Source: Candidatus Methanoperedenaceae archaeon (GTDB lineage Archaea > Halobacteriota > Methanosarcinia > Methanosarcinales > Methanoperedenaceae). From it: DNA of 64,000 nucleotides. Position 1 is the first letter of the stretch. Every line of letters starts with the position of its first letter. The position numbers were made by a program, and so were the translations under genes. Of this stretch, positions 19,541-31,119 are shown piece after piece. The stretch covers positions 32,001 through 96,000 of the forward strand of contig CAVWCX010000018.1 of the NCBI GenBank assembly GCA_963753595.1, in the 5' to 3' direction. The notes beneath the pieces are model-generated. The model ran no database searches. It was given only the letters and a program-made list of their open reading frames with translations, and was not told the DNA's origin.

Positions 19541-20734
19541 ATGAATAAAATATTAAAACTAATATCGATAGTGCTTGTGCTGTCAATGCTTATTTTACCC
19601 GTCCTGGGCAAGATGGGCGCCGGTATGATGGGTAGTGATAACGGTGACAGGGGTACAATAAGCGATGAAATGATGCAGGGGAAAGCAAAAGAAATGCATG
19701 AAAATGGCAGTGACCTCCGCGAAAAGGAAGGTATCATGGGAATGGGATTCATGCACCGTGAAGGGAATAACTTTGGCCGCTATGTAACATTTTCCGTCAA
19801 TAATACGACAGGAGATGTGATGAATTACGGTGTTCTGGGTCTGACTGTATTTGATTCGATAAAAGTTACGAGCTTCGATCTTAAGGACATAAAAACAATG
19901 GGAGCCCTGACAAGGATTACTAATAAAGATGGTTCGATCGTTATCCAGTTGCACGATAATCCGGCTGCTGTCATTAATATCATGGCAACAGGAAAAGCGC
20001 AAGTTGTCTTTGATCTTGCAGAGGGTATAAATGCAACAAAAGAAGAAAATATTGTAAAGATCGAGTCAGGTAACTTCACAGCCTATATCGCTTCAGGAAA
20101 TACAACTGCCGCAAATATTGCGCAAGGTAAGGTTATCATGGATACCGATAAGGGGTTAACGATATTTCGGGCTTCACCTGTTAATATGCCCATGGAAGGA
20201 ATGCACCGGGGATTCATGGGAGAAATCATGAAGAACCGGGCAGGAGCAGAGATTTCCATAGGAGATTTTGATAGATCCTCGATCGTCAACTATTCGGATA
20301 TGAATGTCATGATAAGGTCGATGGAAAAGGATCGCGTAAGAATGTTGATCAATTCTTCTGACCATGCCGGCAAATTCGTAATAATGAATATTGACAACAG
20401 TTCCCTGATGTGGAATGAAAGGCAGAAGCTGCGCTTATATCTTGACAATAAACCAATGAATCAGGTCATGAACGAACAGGATTTATATAATGTTTCCGAA
20501 TCCTCCTTCTGGCTAACGATGATGGGAGGAAACCGCATGCAAGCGATGATGTATATTTCAAATTTCTCAGAGCGCCAGGTGGATATAGTGGTCGAGGATG
20601 AGGTTACACCGACACCTGTTGTGACAACAACGGTAACAGGAATGGCGACATCAACGCCAAAAACACTAGGTTTTGAAATAGCAGTGGGAATGCTTTGTAC
20701 TGTTGCAGCATACAGGTTTAGAAAAAGGGAATAA
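19541..20734 (+). CDS. Met-rich secreted surface protein with PGF-CTERM-like tail
   Basis: Signal peptide; Thr-rich linker; TPKTLGFE-TM-RKRE. Confidence 0.7.
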   Translation: MNKILKLISIVLVLSMLILPVLGKMGAGMMGSDNGDRGTISDEMMQGKAKEMHENGSDLREKEGIMGMGFMHREGNNFGRYVTFSVNNTTGDVMNYGVLGLTVFDSIKVTSFDLKDIKTMGALTRITNKDGSIVIQLHDNPAAVINIMATGKAQVVFDLAEGINATKEENIVKIESGNFTAYIASGNTTAANIAQGKVIMDTDKGLTIFRASPVNMPMEGMHRGFMGEIMKNRAGAEISIGDFDRSSIVNYSDMNVMIRSMEKDRVRMLINSSDHAGKFVIMNIDNSSLMWNERQKLRLYLDNKPMNQVMNEQDLYNVSESSFWLTMMGGNRMQAMMYISNFSERQVDIVVEDEVTPTPVVTTTVTGMATSTPKTLGFEIAVGMLCTVAAYRFRKRE

Positions 20735-20807
20735 GAGTTTTGTGGCAAGCCTGATCCGGGAAATCTGCTCCAATTAATGGCTTGCCAGACTTAATGGAAA
20801 TGATAAA

Positions 20808-21389
20808 ATGAAAGTAGCGGCAATTAATGGAAGCGCCAGAAAACAAGGGAACACTGCAATTCTCATAAAGCATGTGTTGAGTGAATTGGAGAAAGTCGGG
20901 ATAGAAACAGAATTAATAGAGCTTGCAGGAAAAAAAATACAGGGATGCACGGCCTGCTATAAGTGTTTTGACAAAAAAGACGGGCATTGCGCTGTTAAGG
21001 GCGATATTGTAAATGATTGCATCGATAAGATGACAGAATCTGACGGGATAATATTAGGTTCACCAATTTATTTTGCCGATATAACCGCGGAAATGAAAGC
21101 CCTGATAGAACGGTCAGGAATGACGGCATTAGCAAATGGTTCCATGTTCAAGCGCAAGGTTGGGGCCGCTGTGATAGCTGTAAGAAGAGGCGGTGCGATC
21201 CATGGATTTGACTCGATCAATCATTTCTTCCATATCAACCAGATGATAGTTCCGGGTGCAAGTTACTGGAACATGGGTCTTGGAAGAGAGGCCGGGGACG
21301 TAAAAACAGATGAAGAAGGAATCCGGACCATGAAGAATCTTGGAGAAAATATGGCATGGTTGATGAAAAAGATAGTTGTAGATGAATAA
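20808..21389 (+). CDS. iron-sulfur flavoprotein (multimeric flavodoxin)
   Basis: GSARKQGNT, CTACYKC...C, GSPIYF. Confidence 0.88.
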   Translation: MKVAAINGSARKQGNTAILIKHVLSELEKVGIETELIELAGKKIQGCTACYKCFDKKDGHCAVKGDIVNDCIDKMTESDGIILGSPIYFADITAEMKALIERSGMTALANGSMFKRKVGAAVIAVRRGGAIHGFDSINHFFHINQMIVPGASYWNMGLGREAGDVKTDEEGIRTMKNLGENMAWLMKKIVVDE

Positions 21390-21417
21390 ATCATATCAGG
21401 CTAAGGAGGTATCATTA

Positions 21418-21882
21418 ATGCATGGGGAACGAATTACAAAAAGCAAAACTGACAAGGTCATTGACGGTGTATGCGGCGGTCTTGCCGAGTATTTCGGGAT
21501 TGATCCGGTCATTGTCAGGTTGGTCTTCGTCGTGCTTGTATTTTTTAGCGGCTTAGGTTTGCTGCTATACATAATATTAGTCATAATAATGCCAGGAGCT
21601 GAACAGGCAGGACAACCGCCAAAAGAAACGATCCAAGAGAATGTACAGGAAATAAGTGAACGGGTAAAAGAAGCAGGAGAAGGATTGGGGCAAGCATTTT
21701 CAAAAACGAAAAATGAAAAACATTCAAAGCGTGCAGGATGGTTCGGTATTATCCTTATTTTGCTGGGTATCTTTTTCCTTCTTGAAAACCTCCATTTGAT
21801 ACCGTGGGTCGATAAAGACATTCTCTGGCCAATTATTATTATTCTAGTTGGAGCGTGGCTGCTGATAAAGCGATGGAGTTAA
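21418..21882 (+). CDS. PspC-domain membrane protein
   Basis: DKVIDGVCGGLAEYFGIDPVIVRL; LiaF-like C-terminus. Confidence 0.85.
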   Translation: MHGERITKSKTDKVIDGVCGGLAEYFGIDPVIVRLVFVVLVFFSGLGLLLYIILVIIMPGAEQAGQPPKETIQENVQEISERVKEAGEGLGQAFSKTKNEKHSKRAGWFGIILILLGIFFLLENLHLIPWVDKDILWPIIIILVGAWLLIKRWS

Positions 21883-21886
21883 TAAT

Positions 21887-22569
21887 ATGAAACCGGGATA
21901 TGTGGGGCCGCTTCTTCTTCTGGCCATTGGCTTTGTCCTGCTGTTCAATAACCTGGGATCACTTCCCTGGGATATCTGGGGCAGCTTATGGCACTACTGG
22001 CCTGTAATACTGATATTGTCTGGCATACAAATACTTGCCAGGCATTCCGAATCCAGTATTATGTATATATTGGCTGTGATTCTTTGTATTTTGTTGATCA
22101 TCGCAACTGTTTTTTTAGCCTGGAATGGATATCCTGCACCGGATACAAGGGAAAAGAACCTGAAGTGGTACATATTTAATAACAGCCATCCTGATGGCAT
22201 AATTTTGATTTTGCCGATCTTGATAATGCAGACTTTAATAATTCAATTTTAAATGGCGCCAATATGAATTTTGCAAGCATGGAAAATGCTAATTTTAGTA
22301 ATTCAAGTCTGAATGGTGCAAATTTGAATTTTGCAGACCTGAAATATGCAAAATTTAATAATGCAGGTTTAAAAGGAGCAAATCTTAATTTTGTGAACCT
22401 GAAATATGCAGATCTTTCCAATTCGGTTCTTGATGGCGCCAATATGAATTTCGCAAATCTTGACGGCGCAAACATGACAGGAGCCCGGATGGAAGGTGCC
22501 AGTCATGGATTTGCGAGAACCTCTAAATCCACGATATGTCCTGATGCGAGAAATGGACCATGCTGGTAA
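21887..22569 (+). pseudogene. LiaF/DUF5668-like TM domain plus pentapeptide repeats, frameshifted near 22199
   Basis: Pentapeptide frame (NFDFADLDNADFNNSILNGAN...) begins at about 22201, shifted by one missing base relative to the 5' ORF. Confidence 0.7.
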
Positions 22570-22654
22570 AAAACAACTTTTTTAAATAAATCAATCTAGG
22601 TCTTCCAAAAAATATATAGCCCTGTAATACCCTTTCCGTAACGGTGGTGACCCA

Positions 22655-23359
22655 ATGGTACTTCCCGATAAATTCAAATGTGTAATAACGAACTGGGACT
22701 ATATTTACGACCTGTGCAGGCATGTTGCAAATGATGTGAAAAAATCCGGGTATAAACCCGATACGATAATAGCGCTTGCCCGCGGCGGATGGTTCGCAGG
22801 AAGAGTGCTTTGTGATTTTCTCGGGCTCAATGACCTGACAAGCCTTAAGATCGAGCATTATGTGGGTACTGCAAACGCTGGAGAGGGACCCCGTATTAAG
22901 TATCCGCTTGCAGATAACGCTGTGGCCGGGAAAAGAGTCCTGATAGTAGATGATATTACCGACACAGGTAAAAGTATCGCCCACTCAAAAGATTATGTAA
23001 GTAAACAAAATCCAAAAGAGGTAAGGACAGCAGTACTCCAGTACCTGTACACATCGGAGATCAAACCCGATTATTGCGGTGAAGTCATACAGGAATGGGG
23101 CTGGATAGTATATCCCTGGAATTTTATTGAAGACATGATAGATATCATCTCCCGCCTCATGGCCAAGGAAAAACAAAACGAATGGGATGTTGAAGAAATA
23201 AGGAAAGGACTCTTGAAATATCACAATATCGATCCCATAAGCTTTGAGATAGCGCAGCCCGACAGGATGGAAGAGATACTCGATGAAATGGCAAGAAGAG
23301 GACTAATAAAGACGAAAAACATTCCAGGAAAAAAATCATGGACTTATGAAGGAGCGTAA
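22655..23359 (+). CDS. purine phosphoribosyltransferase
   Basis: IALARGG, VLIVDDITDTGKS, WIVYPW. Confidence 0.88.
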   Translation: MVLPDKFKCVITNWDYIYDLCRHVANDVKKSGYKPDTIIALARGGWFAGRVLCDFLGLNDLTSLKIEHYVGTANAGEGPRIKYPLADNAVAGKRVLIVDDITDTGKSIAHSKDYVSKQNPKEVRTAVLQYLYTSEIKPDYCGEVIQEWGWIVYPWNFIEDMIDIISRLMAKEKQNEWDVEEIRKGLLKYHNIDPISFEIAQPDRMEEILDEMARRGLIKTKNIPGKKSWTYEGA

Positions 23360-23364
23360 AATAA

Positions 23365-24216
23365 ATGCAGGCAGATATTGCAGTAATTGGAGGAACCGGC
23401 GTTTATGATACGGCAATGCTGGATAATGTACGGGAAGTTGAAATCGATACTCCTTTCGGGAAACCATCTGATGCTATTACAATCGGGTCTTTTGGTGAAA
23501 TTAATGTGGCATTTCTTCCCAGGCACGGGAAAGGGCACAGGATCTCACCAAGTAAATTGAATTCCAGGGCAAATATCCTCGCACTTAAGAAACTTGGCGT
23601 ACAGAGAATAATCTCAGCATCAGCAGTAGGAAGCCTGAAGCTTGAACATAAGCCGCTTGATATCGTGATACCTGACCAGATATTTGACAGGACACGTTTG
23701 AGAGACAGTACTTTCTTTGAAGATGGAATAGTTGCGCATATCGGTTTTGCTGATCCTTTTTGTCCCCAGATGTCTTCTATGATTGCCGGCATCACGCGGG
23801 ATCTCGGGTATTCAATACATGAAAAAGGAACATATGTCTGCATGGAAGGGCCGCAATTTTCAACACGTTCTGAATCAAAGGTTTATCAAAGCCTGGGATT
23901 TGACATTATCGGGATGACTGCACTTCCTGAAGCAAAACTTGCACGGGAAGCAGAGATCTGTTACAGCATGATCGCAACTGTTACTGATTATGATGTGTGG
24001 CATGAAACTGATGTCAGTATTGAAACTGTAATTTCCAATGCAATAAAGAATGAGGAAGCAGTCAGGAAAATTATTAAAGAAGTTATTCCAAAAATTTCTC
24101 TTGAGAGAAATTGTGTATGCTCAAATGCATTAGCAGGAGCGATCGTCACCGCCCCGGACAAGATACCGGTTGAAACAAAACGCAAATTGAATGATCTGAT
24201 CGGTAAATATTCATAA
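23365..24216 (+). CDS. mtnP: S-methyl-5'-thioadenosine phosphorylase
   Basis: GGTG, PRHG, EGPQFSTRSES, GMT..PEAKLARE, TDYD. Confidence 0.92.
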   Translation: MQADIAVIGGTGVYDTAMLDNVREVEIDTPFGKPSDAITIGSFGEINVAFLPRHGKGHRISPSKLNSRANILALKKLGVQRIISASAVGSLKLEHKPLDIVIPDQIFDRTRLRDSTFFEDGIVAHIGFADPFCPQMSSMIAGITRDLGYSIHEKGTYVCMEGPQFSTRSESKVYQSLGFDIIGMTALPEAKLAREAEICYSMIATVTDYDVWHETDVSIETVISNAIKNEEAVRKIIKEVIPKISLERNCVCSNALAGAIVTAPDKIPVETKRKLNDLIGKYS

Positions 24217-24296
24217 CTATTTATACTTATAGTACTATAGTAAGTATACTATTTATAATATTTTGATAAGATATATAAATGTGATAGGATAGGTAA

Positions 24297-24809
24297 ATGA
24301 GTTCGAAAAAGGAAGCCCTGGATAGGTCAATATTTTTTAAAAACGGGCAGGAAGTAAATATAGTTGAACTTGGGCGCGATGATATTACTATTTCCCTTAC
24401 AACAGGCAAGATCATATTTTGGTTTGGCAGGCAGGCGAGTGAGGCCTTAATACGTGATGTTATATTTGGAATATCCAGTATTGACTCATCCGTTGCTCTT
24501 GAACAGGAAATAATATGTGATTTTAAGACTATTGGTAAATATGAGAATATGGGATATGTTTTGACATCATACGCAAAAACTAAAGGAGGTTATAGGGTTA
24601 TATTTAATATACCTTTCTCCAAAAAGATAGCTTTAGCCCATTTCGTCAGGTTGATCGTTGACCAGCTCTGTGAAAAGGACATAAGGAAAACACTTCAATG
24701 GGATGGAAGTCCTGAGAAGATCATCTTTATCTACAATAAATTGAAAAACCTTGATGGATGGAAGATAAAAAGCATCGAATATAAAGACAAAGAGGAATCA
24801 GTGTTATAA
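24297..24809 (+). CDS. hypothetical protein
   Basis: 170-aa ORF; stop overlaps the hxlB start. Confidence 0.6.
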   Translation: MSSKKEALDRSIFFKNGQEVNIVELGRDDITISLTTGKIIFWFGRQASEALIRDVIFGISSIDSSVALEQEIICDFKTIGKYENMGYVLTSYAKTKGGYRVIFNIPFSKKIALAHFVRLIVDQLCEKDIRKTLQWDGSPEKIIFIYNKLKNLDGWKIKSIEYKDKEESVL

Positions 24810-25409
24810 TGAGATCAGAAAAGAAAGAATGTGAGGCAACTATTGTATCTATGAACCTTATTGCCGACCATATAAAAAAGGTTGCATCGAAACTTGATAC
24901 GGGCTCTGTGACATCACTTGTAAATGGTATAATGGATTCTAAAAGAGTATTCCTGATGGGGGCTGGAAGATCCGGGCTTGCAGCAAGAGCTTTTGCAATG
25001 AGGCTTATGCATCTTGGATTTAATGTTTACTTCGTAGGTGAGACAACAACTCCTGCCGTGCAGCCGGAGGATCTTGTTATTGCAGTATCAGGTTCAGGTG
25101 GGACACCTTCTATCGCAAGCCTTGGAATGATATCTAAGAAAATTGGATCAACACTTGCTGTTATTACATCAAACAAGGATTCCACACTTGGTGGCATTTC
25201 AGATATTGTTGTCATTGTTCCTGGACGACCCAAGGAAGATGTTGTTTATGAGGATTATCACGAACGAAGAATGATAGGTTATCCCCAGTTAGCGCCCCTT
25301 GGAACTATTTTTGAGATATCCGCTCTTGTTTTCCTTGATGCTGTGATCTCAGAGCTTATGGTCAGGACGGGGGCAAGTGAAGCAGAATTAAAGAAGAGAC
25401 ATACGGTCT

Positions 25410-25417
<8 letters not shown>
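24809..25417 (+). CDS. hxlB: 6-phospho-3-hexuloisomerase
   Basis: GAGRSG, FAMRLMHLG, GETTTP, SGSG, PLGTIFE. Confidence 0.92.
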
Positions 25418-26522
<1,105 letters not shown>

Positions 26523-26652
26523 TCTTTTTTTCTTACTTCATATTTTTCTTTATTTATAATTCCAAGCAAGTATGAACCTGACTATGTTCATTGCATCTAT
26601 ATTTTTAATTCATCGAAACCCATAAATCTTTAGGAACACAAACATTAGGATT

Positions 26653-26715
26653 ATGTTCCTATTCATTGACCGGGAAGAAGAAATTGACTTCCTGGAAGAG
26701 AGATATTTTCATTAG
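26653..26715 (+). pseudogene. 5' stub of an archaeal ATPase gene
   Basis: MFLFIDREEEIDFLEERYFH*, matching the typical F-x-D-R-E-x-E-L N-terminus. Confidence 0.5.
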
Positions 26716-26754
26716 TAATGAAATAATTAATATAAAAAATTCATTACCAATGAA
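26707..26754. promoter_or_regulatory. paired palindromic operator-like sites
   Basis: TTTCATTA-G-TAATGAAA (26707-26723) and TTCATT-ACC-AATGAA (26740-26754) flanking a TATA-like AT tract. Confidence 0.45.
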
Positions 26755-26787
26755 ATATTTATATGCTATAAAAACCATTTGATCATA

Positions 26788-28065
26788 ATGAACACCCGGG
26801 CACTCAAAGAGATAATAGTCCAGCAAAAAACAGAGCTGGATAAAAAAGAAAGAGGACTTGAAAGAAATTCCCTGAAGGAGATCGAAAAATACCTCAAACT
26901 ACCCCATGCAGTCGTTATCACAGGTGTCCGGCGCAGCGGAAAATCGACTATTTTAACCCAGGTAATTTCCAAACACTTCCGGGATGATTACTATTACCTT
27001 AACTTTGAGGACGAGCGCCTGATACAATTCTCAGCAGCAGAGGATTTTGACTCTCTTTACCAGGCGTTTCTTGAACTTTATGGTAAACATAAAACCTTCT
27101 TTTTTGATGAGATCCAGAATATTGAAAATTGGGAAAGATTCGTTCGAAGGATGTCTGATGCAGGATTCAAATTCTTCATTACTGGTTCAAATGCAAGATT
27201 GCTGAGCAGGGAACTCGCAACACACCTTACGGGAAGACACATGACTACAGAGATTTACCCTTTTTCTTTCAGGGAATTTCTTGAATTCAAGGGGCTTGCA
27301 ATGGAAAAGAATACAGAATACCTGGTGGAAGAACGGGCAAAGATCAAGAATTTCCTTTCTGAATATATAGAAAATGGGGGCTTTCCTGAATATTTAAAAT
27401 ATAAAGAAAAAGACATACTTCATAGGCTTTACAGCGATATAATATTCAGGGATATTATTGTAAGATATGGCATCAGGGAAGTAAAGGCTTTTCAGGAAAT
27501 TTCAAACTACCTCATGTCTAACATTTCAAATATAACCAGCTACACGCGATTGAAAAATCTATTCGGTCTTGGAAGTGTTAATACTGCAAAAAATTTTATG
27601 GAATATCTTGAAACCAGTTTTTTACTGTTCTTTTTAAACCAATTCTCATATTCAAAAGGTGTCCAGTCGTCATCCCCAAAAAAAGTTTATTGCATAGATT
27701 CGGGATTGAGAAATACAGTGGCATTCCAATTCTCTAATGACATTGGCAGGATTGTAGAGAATATAGTATTCCTTGAACTTAAAAGAAGGGGGATGGAAAT
27801 CTATTACTGGAAAGGAAAGGGTGAAGTGGATTTCCTGATACGAGAAGGTCAGCAGACAAAGGATCTTATTCAGGTATGCTGGAATCTTGATGATAAAGTT
27901 AGAAAGAAAGCAGAAGTGAACTCTTTGATTGAAGCTATGATCGAATTCGATCACGAAAAAGCACAAATAATTACTGATGACCTTGATTGTGAGGAAATGA
28001 TCGATGGGAAAAAAATAATGTATACGCCATTATGGAAATGGCTACTTGGTCGGGACAATTCATAA
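26788..28065 (+). CDS. AAA_14 / DUF4143 ATP-binding protein
   Basis: GVRRSGKS, FFDEIQ, TGS, GGFP, KVYCIDSG, EVDF. Confidence 0.9.
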   Translation: MNTRALKEIIVQQKTELDKKERGLERNSLKEIEKYLKLPHAVVITGVRRSGKSTILTQVISKHFRDDYYYLNFEDERLIQFSAAEDFDSLYQAFLELYGKHKTFFFDEIQNIENWERFVRRMSDAGFKFFITGSNARLLSRELATHLTGRHMTTEIYPFSFREFLEFKGLAMEKNTEYLVEERAKIKNFLSEYIENGGFPEYLKYKEKDILHRLYSDIIFRDIIVRYGIREVKAFQEISNYLMSNISNITSYTRLKNLFGLGSVNTAKNFMEYLETSFLLFFLNQFSYSKGVQSSSPKKVYCIDSGLRNTVAFQFSNDIGRIVENIVFLELKRRGMEIYYWKGKGEVDFLIREGQQTKDLIQVCWNLDDKVRKKAEVNSLIEAMIEFDHEKAQIITDDLDCEEMIDGKKIMYTPLWKWLLGRDNS

Positions 28066-28070
28066 AAGCC

Positions 28071-28868
28071 CTACATTTTTTCCACGATTCCGATTATCTC
28101 CTTAATATCATTTATCACAATATCAGCTTCCTCGCAAAGAAGAGGAGGACATTTTCCTGTCTGCTGTATAGAGAGTACGCTTAGATCAGCAGCGCGAAAT
28201 GCAAGTATATCATTGATTCCATCCCCAACCATTACTACTTTATCATATTGGTCTTTTAATCTCTTTACGATCTCTTCTTTTTTCTTTGGCGTTGATATCT
28301 CATATACACATTCAAGTGGAACGCAGACGTTCTTCGCAAGCGGCTGGAGGTTTCGCATACTGTCACCCGATGCGATATATACGCTTATGCCTTTCTCAGT
28401 AAGCGCCTGTATTACATTACAGCTATTGGAATATATTTTGCCGCCTGTGCAGACAACATAAGGAATACTTTTTTCTTCCACATCAATTATGAGCCCCGCA
28501 CCCATATAAAAAATATTCTTACACTTTTGTTTAACAGCAGCCATTACATCCTGGAGGTCAGACATTGTTGCTCTCATATCATGTTTCACAACTGATAACG
28601 CTGTTTCGTTATCCACCTGGGCCCTGGAACAGCCAACATCGATGCCTATGTTGTATTTATCTATAAAATCGGAAATCAGCATGTCTGGGGGACATTTTGT
28701 GAGCCTGTTAGAATCAATCTGCATTACAAGAAGCGCACAATGTGGTTTTTTCCCGACAAGGTCTGTTGAAACTACTTCATTTAGAATAGCGCCAGTATTT
28801 ATGTTCTTTGCCACGCGGTACATGCGAAGCAATGTTCCTGCACTATCAAAGACGACAGCAATTTTCAT
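28071..28868 (-). CDS. HAD-family hydrolase (soluble P-type ATPase-like)
   Basis: FDSAGTL, ASGD, MVGDGIND. Confidence 0.85.
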   Translation of the reverse strand: MKIAVVFDSAGTLLRMYRVAKNINTGAILNEVVSTDLVGKKPHCALLVMQIDSNRLTKCPPDMLISDFIDKYNIGIDVGCSRAQVDNETALSVVKHDMRATMSDLQDVMAAVKQKCKNIFYMGAGLIIDVEEKSIPYVVCTGGKIYSNSCNVIQALTEKGISVYIASGDSMRNLQPLAKNVCVPLECVYEISTPKKKEEIVKRLKDQYDKVVMVGDGINDILAFRAADLSVLSIQQTGKCPPLLCEEADIVINDIKEIIGIVEKM

Positions 28869-29012
28869 ACCATAAACACGTTTTTATTGAATATTTATCT
28901 TTTCCAGGAAAATAGGGTATCTGTATCTTTGGGATAGGATAGGCGATTTCCCCTTTGTGTAAAAGGAGTTATTATACAGATACCCCCATAATATAATTAT
29001 TATTTATGGTAT

Positions 29013-29771
29013 TTATATTCTCGCCTCGAAAAGAATATCAGATAGTTTTGCCAATTCCTCCGGAGAAATGGTTTCCGCCCTCTTATCTATCATATCAGGA
29101 GGCAGTTTTTCCAGCGCGTCATGTTTGATCCCAAGAAATGCTGCATTATTTAATATGGCGTTCCTGATTTTTTTTCTTCTTTGTGAAAAAGCTGCTGTTA
29201 TGAATTTCATGAAAAAATCCACATCTTTTACTTTATAAGGGGGAGGTCGCGGTACAAGCCTGACTATCGCTGAATTAACTTGCGGAGGAGCGCTGAAAGC
29301 AAGCCTGGGTACGACTTCTATGATCTCAACATTAGCTCGATACTGGACTGCTATCGAAAGACGACCATAATCCTTACTTCCTGATGCTGCAACCATTCTT
29401 TTTGCATATTCATGCTGGTACATAAGAATACCCATATCGAATTCATACTCCAGCAGTTTGAAGGTTACAGGCGATGAGATAGAATAAGGCAAATTAGAGA
29501 TCACTTTATTAAAATGGGGAAAATCCTGTTCCAGGGCATCTCCTATGACAACTTCAACGTTATCAAACCTGTTCAGGGAAGAAGCGAGTTCCGGGTCCAC
29601 TTCAATAGCGATGACTTTTCCTGCCTTGCGTGCAAGTTTTTCTGTCAGGTTACCGAAGCCTGCGCCTATTTCAAGAACAGTATCCGAACTATTTAATTGT
29701 CCGTACTCGATAATCCTGCCAAGGACCTGTTCATCAATTAAGAAATGCTGGTCCTTTTTATATAATTTCAT
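29013..29771 (-). CDS. rsmA: 16S rRNA dimethyladenosine transferase
   Basis: DQHFL, LEIGAGFG, SNLPY, FSQRRKK. Confidence 0.93.
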   Translation of the reverse strand: MKLYKKDQHFLIDEQVLGRIIEYGQLNSSDTVLEIGAGFGNLTEKLARKAGKVIAIEVDPELASSLNRFDNVEVVIGDALEQDFPHFNKVISNLPYSISSPVTFKLLEYEFDMGILMYQHEYAKRMVAASGSKDYGRLSIAVQYRANVEIIEVVPRLAFSAPPQVNSAIVRLVPRPPPYKVKDVDFFMKFITAAFSQRRKKIRNAILNNAAFLGIKHDALEKLPPDMIDKRAETISPEELAKLSDILFEARI

Positions 29772-30361
29772 CTTCTGGGCGTCATGGGGGTTGTAAAAAC
29801 ACGATATTTTATATTATCGTCCTTCAATTCATCCATAACCCTGTGAGCTATTAGTTTTTCAGGAGCATGAAGACCTTTTACCCTTTCAACAAGATTCTTG
29901 AAACTCTCAAATTTACCCTTCTTTTTCTCTTCAATTATTCCCCACATGAGCTTTTTTCCAATTCCTGGTAAAAGCTCAAGCATATGAAGACGCGTTGTTA
30001 TCGGATATGCATCATTAAAGAAAGCCAAAAAGAGGGCTTCATTTGCAAGGACTATTTTTTCAATGACAGAAGGAAGCTCCAGCTGTGCGCCATGTGTAAG
30101 CTCAATATAGGCAATACGTCTCTTGACATGATCGATAACAGGACGGTCTCCATCCCCGATATAAACCTTATCATAGACATTTGGGACTACATTTTCTTTA
30201 GGTATAAGCTCCATCAAAACAAAATGTTTTTCCCCAATTGCATGAATAAGGGGCTTTTTTTGATACATCGGACGGGAATCATCAGAACGCCCATAATGTA
30301 GATAATCCAGAATATAAGCTGTGTCTTCTTTTTCTTGCCTTTTCCCTAGGGTTATCATCAA
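29768..30361 (-). CDS. DUF655-family protein
   Basis: ILDYL, RLHMLELLPGIGKK; conserved rpo4-DUF655-ksgA synteny. Confidence 0.88.
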   Translation of the reverse strand: MMITLGKRQEKEDTAYILDYLHYGRSDDSRPMYQKKPLIHAIGEKHFVLMELIPKENVVPNVYDKVYIGDGDRPVIDHVKRRIAYIELTHGAQLELPSVIEKIVLANEALFLAFFNDAYPITTRLHMLELLPGIGKKLMWGIIEEKKKGKFESFKNLVERVKGLHAPEKLIAHRVMDELKDDNIKYRVFTTPMTPRR

Positions 30362-30439
30362 ATACCACTCACTTTGGAATTATTCTTACTCAAACGGTAA
30401 ATATTCAAAATAGATAATTATATTGTTTTATTATCTATT

Positions 30440-30790
30440 TCAGGTATATTTCATCACTAGCTCAAGAATATCTTTCAATTCTTTTTCACTGAGAGTATAT
30501 CTTTCTTTTGCGTAGATCGACCTGACCTCATCATTGGTCAGTGGAAGAATATCGACTATCCTTACAGCAATCTCCGGTTTCATTTTTTCAAGTTTTGATA
30601 GCTCGTTCATTAATTCCCGGGATTTCCCTGGTTCCAGCCTTGCAAACATTTCAGCATGAGAGATCGCCTTACGCAACTCATATCCGAGTTCTTTGTCTTC
30701 TTTTGCCCTCTCTTCTCTGACTTCGTCAAGCAGGTTCTTTACCTCTCCAAGAGTCAAAATATCTTCACTGATTATCTGCTTCACTAACAT
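30440..30790 (-). CDS. rpo4: RNA polymerase subunit Rpo4 (RpoF)
   Basis: LGYELRKAISHA..IVDILP...EVRSIYAKE; synteny. Confidence 0.9.
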   Translation of the reverse strand: MLVKQIISEDILTLGEVKNLLDEVREERAKEDKELGYELRKAISHAEMFARLEPGKSRELMNELSKLEKMKPEIAVRIVDILPLTNDEVRSIYAKERYTLSEKELKDILELVMKYT

Positions 30791-30801
30791 TATTTCACCG
30801 G

Positions 30802-31092
30802 TTATTTTTGGGGAGTTAAATGCTCTGGAAGAATGATAACTTCTTTCATCAGTCCGCCATCCCTGACTGCAACAATATAGGCCCTGCCACGCTGGCTCGT
30901 TACTTTTCCGGTCCTTCCCTGGAATTTGGGATGAGGCATTCCATTCTGGATGCTTGAGTCAAGATCGATGTTTACAATGTCTCCCTCATGGAACTCCTGG
31001 ATCGCCCTGCTGATGGGAGATAATCCTTTTTCCCTGACTGTTTTCTTTAACTTATATCGTGATTTTCTTCTTGTTCCGTGGGTTTTTGCCAT
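30802..31092 (-). CDS. rpl21e: 50S ribosomal protein L21e
   Basis: [12 protein letters not shown]...PEHL. Confidence 0.95.
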   Translation of the reverse strand: MAKTHGTRRKSRYKLKKTVREKGLSPISRAIQEFHEGDIVNIDLDSSIQNGMPHPKFQGRTGKVTSQRGRAYIVAVRDGGLMKEVIILPEHLTPQK

Positions 31093-31119
31093 AATATTTC
31101 TCCGAACTATGATTATTAT

